64,000 nucleotides of DNA from a virus (lineage: Duplodnaviria; Caudoviricetes), in IMG/VR virus record IMGVR_UViG_3300037847_005729, positions 638 to 64,637 of that record. One strand, written 5' to 3'. The notes beneath the pieces were generated by a model that searched no databases, was not told the DNA's origin, and worked only from the letters and a program-made list of their open reading frames with translations. The stretch's first letter is position 1. Every line of letters starts with the position of its first letter. Below, piece after piece: positions 60,443 through 64,000 of the stretch. Made by a program: the position numbers and the translations under genes.

Positions 60443-61144
60443 TTAAGAGCATTCTAAAACAAAACCACTTTCATCTTTTTTTGCAAGCCCTTTTTCAACC
60501 AAGCCTACAATTTTGTTTTGTCCGTCTAAGAATCTCAAGTCAGTTTCGTCTCCGTCAATCACTTCACGACCTTGCCAAGTTTTTGGAAGTCCGTTGCGAA
60601 AAACACAAGCGACATTTGCCCCTAATGAAAGCAATTTTTTTGTTTCGTTGTCGTTGCATTCGCTCCTTGAAAATGTTAAGTGATAGTTGCTAGGAAGTTT
60701 TCCGTCTAAGTATTTCTCAACTCGCTTTACTGATTTAGTGTAGTCATAGAATTGAACATCAGAAAACCAATCCATCAGTTTAAGTCCGTTATACTTTTGA
60801 GATTCCCAAGCTATATCGCTAGTTAAGTTAAGTCTAAAGCAAGGCGTCATTCCTTTTTTTGTCGCTAACTTTACTGCGTTAGAAATTTCTCTAACAAGTT
60901 GACGCATAAAATTTTCTTTGTCGTTAAAGAATCTTTTTGTCTTTGCTATTCGAGATTTTTGAACATTAGAGAATTTACCACGACCTGCAGTATTTAAGCA
61001 AGCCTCAGCACAACCTTTAGAAGCCCAAGCACAAGCATTATGCCCACTCAAGTTAAAAGGTGCAAGGTGTAAGCCAAAAGTGATAAAGCCTAGCTTTTCC
61101 CCTTTGATTGTTTTAGCGTTTCCGTTATTAAGTAGTTTAGTCAT
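60443..61144 (-). CDS. gp88-like protein (Cys-rich, radical-SAM-like fold)
   Basis: C..AS.GC...CL...GRG, RLN.TSDI.W, FYDYTK, NYHLTFS, DGD..DLRF. Confidence 0.7.
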   Translation of the reverse strand: MTKLLNNGNAKTIKGEKLGFITFGLHLAPFNLSGHNACAWASKGCAEACLNTAGRGKFSNVQKSRIAKTKRFFNDKENFMRQLVREISNAVKLATKKGMTPCFRLNLTSDIAWESQKYNGLKLMDWFSDVQFYDYTKSVKRVEKYLDGKLPSNYHLTFSRSECNDNETKKLLSLGANVACVFRNGLPKTWQGREVIDGDETDLRFLDGQNKIVGLVEKGLAKKDESGFVLECS

Positions 61145-61151
61145 AGTTTAT

Positions 61152-61180
61152 ATAATGGTAGAAAAGTTAAGCCTTGTCAA
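61152..61180 (-). promoter_or_regulatory. sigma70-type early promoter, leaderless geometry
   Basis: TTGACA-N17-CATTAT-N7-ATG(61144). Confidence 0.75.
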
Positions 61181-61241
61181 ACCAAAAACCCAAAGAAAGA
61201 AAAGAATTTTCGATTCGACAAGGCGACTACGATAACAACAA

Positions 61242-61487
61242 TTAAATTAATTTAAAGTCTCTAATTCTAGACTTGTAGAAAGAGCGAACACCACCATCTT
61301 TGAAGCTAGAAGCAAAAGAGTAAGTGTTGAACATATCGCCAAAGTCCTCAATGAAATTCATATCTATATAGTAAGTACCTAACTCACCATCAGAAGTTTT
61401 CTTTGAGTAGACAATTTTTGCCATATTTTTACGCTCGAAAGCCCTACGAAATGCAAGGCGAATTTTTTGGAATATATTTAGTTTCAT
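61242..61487 (-). CDS. Hypothetical protein (WYL-like C-terminal motif)
   Basis: ATG at 61487; ends GVRSFYKSRI; promoter TTGACA-N17-TATCTT at 61554-61526. Confidence 0.6.
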   Translation of the reverse strand: MKLNIFQKIRLAFRRAFERKNMAKIVYSKKTSDGELGTYYIDMNFIEDFGDMFNTYSFASSFKDGGVRSFYKSRIRDFKLI

Positions 61488-61533
61488 AATTTTTTCTCTG
61501 TTAAGATTTTCAATTTTAGATTTATAAGATAGC

Positions 61534-61776
61534 TTATTTCTCAATGATTGTCAAGCCCTTATTTAAATTTCTCAAGATTTCCTCGCCAACAATTTCGCAA
61601 GCTCTTCTTTGGCTTTTTGTTAAGCCACGCTTATCAAATCCGTTTTGTTGTTCGATAACATCAGCTAGACGCTCGATAGTCCAAACAGCATCATTTAAAT
61701 GTGCTGGATTTATTTGTTTTGGCTTATAAGAAAAAGCCTTATCAATAATTTTGTCTTTAAGAATTTTAATTGTCAT
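61534..61776 (-). CDS. Hypothetical protein (paralog of 63057-63293)
   Basis: ATG at 61776 after TTGACT-N16-TATAGT-N7; shares KAFS, IN, GLTK.Q..ACE..G, LNK.LT. Confidence 0.75.
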   Translation of the reverse strand: MTIKILKDKIIDKAFSYKPKQINPAHLNDAVWTIERLADVIEQQNGFDKRGLTKSQRRACEIVGEEILRNLNKGLTIIEK

Positions 61777-61848
61777 AGTATCTACTATATACCATCGCCA
61801 AATAAAGTCAAGCCCTAATACAGAAAAAAAACAAAAAAAAATGTGTGG

Positions 61849-61873
61849 TAAACAGCTGATAATCAAATAGTTA
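61849..61873. repeat. Solitary 25-bp palindromic element
   Basis: TAAACAGCTG-ATAAT-CAAATAGTTA; both halves fit WATCARNNNNTTR. Confidence 0.65.
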
Positions 61874-61906
61874 CGTAATAGGGCGAAATAAAATTAAAAA
61901 AAAATG

Positions 61907-61923
61907 TTGGCACGCTTCTTGAA
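61907..61923 (+). promoter_or_regulatory. sigma54 -24/-12-like motif
   Basis: TTGGCACGCTTCTTGAA, starts 39 bp before a palindrome pair, as at 59859. Confidence 0.45.
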
Positions 61924-61945
61924 TCTTACAGCATCAGATTTTTCG

Positions 61946-62020
61946 TAAGTTGTTGTTATTCAAAGAGTTGCGGCGCGCCCCGGGGTGCGAACCTGCAAGT
62001 CGTTGACCTGCAGGCACTTA
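61946..62020. repeat. Paired 25-bp palindromes with 25-bp GC-rich spacer (copy 3)
   Basis: TAAGTTGTTG-TTATT-CAAAGAGTTG / spacer / CAAGTCGTTG-ACCTG-CAGGCACTTA. Confidence 0.88.
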
Positions 62021-62025
62021 CGTGA

Positions 62026-62223
62026 TTAGTAACCACACACACCGCGATAGGGTTCGTCCACCCACGTACACTCTTCGAGGCGAGCGAGGTTGACGTCCAC
62101 GCCACCCTCACGCTCGGCGTATGCTTCAGCCATAGCGTCAAGTTCAGCGTCAGAATGATTTGCCCAAGGGTCGAAAGAAGCAACAGCCTCTTGATTGTCG
62201 TTAGTATTATTAATGTTAGCCAT
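62026..62223 (-). CDS. Small acidic protein bracketed by two repeat pairs
   Basis: 65 aa; promoter TTGACA-N16-CATACT-N6-ATG at 62257-62230. Confidence 0.7.
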   Translation of the reverse strand: MANINNTNDNQEAVASFDPWANHSDAELDAMAEAYAEREGGVDVNLARLEECTWVDEPYRGVCGY

Positions 62224-62287
62224 GATTACAGTATGGATTATTTGATTTCATTGTCAAGGGTTTTTTTAAAAAAAGTTTATTTTTTTT

Positions 62288-62361
62288 TAAGTTGTTGCGT
62301 GTCAAGTACTTGCGATTTTGATGGGCCCGCGAGTCGCAAGTCCCTAACAACCAAGGACTTA
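62288..62361. repeat. Paired 25-bp palindromes with 24-bp spacer (copy 4)
   Basis: TAAGTTGTTG-CGTGT-CAAGTACTTG / spacer / CAAGTCCCTA-ACAAC-CAAGGACTTA. Confidence 0.85.
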
Positions 62362-62403
62362 CGACTTGAGTTAGCTCAGACTAACTCGGCTATGACAACA
62401 ACA

Positions 62404-62517
62404 TTAAAACATATATGAGACAACTGCTTGGATAATGTCAAACTTATTTATTGCAATGCCCGTGACTGTGGTTATGCATAGGGCAACGATTGTGAATCTG
62501 TCAATAATTAATTTCAT
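62404..62517 (-). CDS. Small hydrophobic protein, not in ORF track
   Basis: 37 aa MKLIIDRFTIVALCITTVTG... Confidence 0.45.
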   Translation of the reverse strand: MKLIIDRFTIVALCITTVTGIAINKFDIIQAVVSYMF

Positions 62518-62522
62518 TTTTT

Positions 62523-62675
62523 TTATTCTCCGATTGGGTAGCCTTGGTCTTTCCAAGATTGTGTCTGTAATTTTTCTCGCTCGATTTCTCGGTCGAGTCC
62601 TATCATTAAGCAGGCGTAGCCTACTGCAAGCATTACTAGTGCTGAAAGAATGTAAATTTTTGTTTCGTTAGTCAT
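62523..62675 (-). CDS. Small membrane protein, not in ORF track
   Basis: 50 aa MTNETKIYILSALVMLAVGYACLMIG..., starts 4 nt after previous stop. Confidence 0.55.
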   Translation of the reverse strand: MTNETKIYILSALVMLAVGYACLMIGLDREIEREKLQTQSWKDQGYPIGE

Positions 62676-62679
62676 AGTC

Positions 62680-63036
62680 TTAGTCTCTCATTGAGTAAGC
62701 GATTGCCTCGCTTGTTTTGGTTTGGTTTTCGATGTAGTCGTTGATGACTGCAATGTCTGTAACTTTGCAACGAGCGATTGCGTCAAGTGTTTCGCCCTCG
62801 CAAAGTCTTGTGCCGTTTTTGATGCAACGCTCTTGCAACCAATCTGCCATTTTACCGAACGCTTTATCCTCTGCTTCTAGAGAATTGTAACGCTCAAGAG
62901 TGTGAGTCGTTCCTCTCCAAGACTCGAAAGAATATTTTGTTGTGTCCTCGTCTGCTCGGAAGCCTACGAACTTCATTACTTCACCCTTTACAGGGTAGAA
63001 GCAACCGATTTCTAGAGTATTATTTGATGTTGTCAT
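62680..63036 (-). CDS. Hypothetical protein
   Basis: 118 aa; promoter TTGACA-N16-TATTCT-N7-ATG at 63071-63044. Confidence 0.75.
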   Translation of the reverse strand: MTTSNNTLEIGCFYPVKGEVMKFVGFRADEDTTKYSFESWRGTTHTLERYNSLEAEDKAFGKMADWLQERCIKNGTRLCEGETLDAIARCKVTDIAVINDYIENQTKTSEAIAYSMRD

Positions 63037-63056
63037 AGTTTATAGAATAGGAATTT

Positions 63057-63293
63057 TTATGCTTTTGTCAAACTTTTATTTAACTTTTCTAAAAGTTTTT
63101 TTCCAATTTCTTCGCAAGCTTTTGTCTGTGCTTTTGTTAAGCCTTGGTCGCCTAAAGTAAGTTGACCTTCGATTAGCGTTGCAAGATGTCCGAGATTGTA
63201 AGCAACTGATGAAAGGTTGCCGTTGATTCTGTGAGGTTCAAAAGAGAATGCTTTCTCTGTGATTTCGTCTTGAGTTTGTTTAATTGTTATCAT
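63057..63293 (-). CDS. Hypothetical protein (paralog of 61534-61776)
   Basis: Full-length similarity to the 61776 gene product. Confidence 0.75.
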   Translation of the reverse strand: MITIKQTQDEITEKAFSFEPHRINGNLSSVAYNLGHLATLIEGQLTLGDQGLTKAQTKACEEIGKKLLEKLNKSLTKA

Positions 63294-63294
63294 A

Positions 63295-63612
63295 CTAACA
63301 CTCTAAAGGATTTCTAAATTCTGTCAAGTCATTTTGAGAAAGTTTTGCAATTTTTTTTAAAACATTTCTCGCTCTGCAAGGTGTTAGTCCACCGATTACG
63401 TCCATTGTAATTTTAGGGTGATAGACTAAGTTGCCGTCATAAAGCAAGGCAAGCTCGAAGCCGTAAGACATATCGTGATTGACTATTGAAGCACCGAAGC
63501 CGTTCGGAAACTTGAAAATCTTTTGCCACCCATTGAGGTGTGCCACTCTGCCAAAATTGGTTTCGTGGTCACCATCAAAAGTGATTTTATTAAAAGTGTC
63601 TATTATATACAT
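63295..63612 (-). CDS. Hypothetical phage protein
   Basis: FPNGFGASIV...SYG.ELA.L, DV.G.LT. Confidence 0.7.
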   Translation of the reverse strand: MYIIDTFNKITFDGDHETNFGRVAHLNGWQKIFKFPNGFGASIVNHDMSYGFELALLYDGNLVYHPKITMDVIGGLTPCRARNVLKKIAKLSQNDLTEFRNPLEC

Positions 63613-63845
63613 AGTGTGTTAAAGTCTCCGTCTACTTGGTTAGGGTCGAAGGTGTCGGAAGAGTCAACAACTTCTGCTTGAAAGTAAATTGTCCAATCGA
63701 GTGGCTGACTCAACGCATACTTGTAAGCGTCATTTAAGCCTTGGCGATTCTTAGGAAAGAACTCGACATAGTAACGGCTCTCGCCTTGTTCGTTGTCGAC
63801 CTCTGTTATAACTGAGTATTGTGGTTTATTATTTGATGTTGTCAT
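63603..63845 (-). CDS. Hypothetical protein
   Basis: ATG at 63845 after TTGACA-N16-TATGTT-N7 (63880-63853). Confidence 0.7.
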   Translation of the reverse strand: MTTSNNKPQYSVITEVDNEQGESRYYVEFFPKNRQGLNDAYKYALSQPLDWTIYFQAEVVDSSDTFDPNQVDGDFNTLCI

Positions 63846-63917
63846 ACTATAAAACATAAGAATTTGTTCGGCTATGTCAACACCTAAATGAAAAAAAGTT
63901 TATTTTTTTTTGTGTCG

Positions 63918-63942
63918 TAAGTACCCTACCCCCAACAACTTA
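63918..63942. repeat. Solitary 25-bp palindromic element
   Basis: (TCG)TAAGTACCCT-ACCCC-CAACAACTTA(CGA). Confidence 0.7.
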
Positions 63943-64000
63943 CGAACCCCCCCGTTTTTTAAACTTTTGCACCTAACAAAAACACAGACACGGCGGGGGG

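Noticed and set aside
58839-62361. Repeat-spacer-repeat units as mini-CRISPR arrays
   Set aside because: Repeats differ at many positions even within a unit, spacers are short and uniformly GC-rich, solitary copies exist and there is no cas operon; the IHF-like consensus explains the conserved positions better
5338-62671. Many short ORF-track entries antisense to or nested in long genes (e.g. 11200-11703, 25081-25389, 46464-46973, 51436-51846, 58684-58926, 60379-60693, 61956-62183)
   Set aside because: Shadow frames of well-supported genes or read-throughs of repeat elements, with no motifs or promoters
58839-63942. Integron attC cassette array
   Set aside because: No RYYYAAC...GTTRRRY ends, genes carry their own promoters, and no integrase is in the window
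1-64000. tRNA/rRNA genes or stop-codon recoding
   Set aside because: No cloverleaf or rRNA signatures noticed; coding density is high under the standard code with TAA, TGA and TAG all used as stops

Overview
This window is a slice of a large, AT-rich tailed dsDNA phage genome, probably lytic and infecting a Gram-negative host; no bacterial housekeeping context, rRNA or tRNA is visible. It has four parts. (1) 1-13.8 kb: a tightly overlapping glycan and nucleotide-sugar operon (WecB, epimerase, RmlB, carbamoyltransferase, nucleotidyltransferase/HAD/kinase fusions, transaldolase, Gmd). (2) 13.8-32.9 kb: replication and host-takeover genes (RecA, outer-membrane beta-barrel, DnaB, primase, PD-(D/E)XK nuclease, a three-piece DnaE with an interposed exonuclease, a truncated Clp ATPase, an aminoacyl-tRNA-protein transferase, glycosyltransferases). 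(3) 32.8-49 kb: lambda-like tail-tip genes L/K/I/J, other probable virion proteins and small membrane proteins. (4) 49-64 kb: an early/accessory region (rIIA/rIIB, DNA glycosylases, RuvB-like, DUF932, gp88-like, many small genes). The most unusual structure is non-coding and lies in part 4: eleven 25-bp palindromes built from two overlapping inverted IHF-consensus-like sites, eight of them paired around 24-25 bp GC-rich spacers, and two pairs preceded at an identical distance by a sigma54-like motif. They sit in a region that by eye lacks GATC and is studded with 10-bp-phased A-tracts and leaderless sigma70 promoters. A second motif (GTGTAA 7-11 nt before ATG) marks middle/late genes, and virion proteins look enriched in Thr-Gly/Ser-Gly, a candidate glycosylation sequon. 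All calls come from motif recognition by eye; no searches were run.
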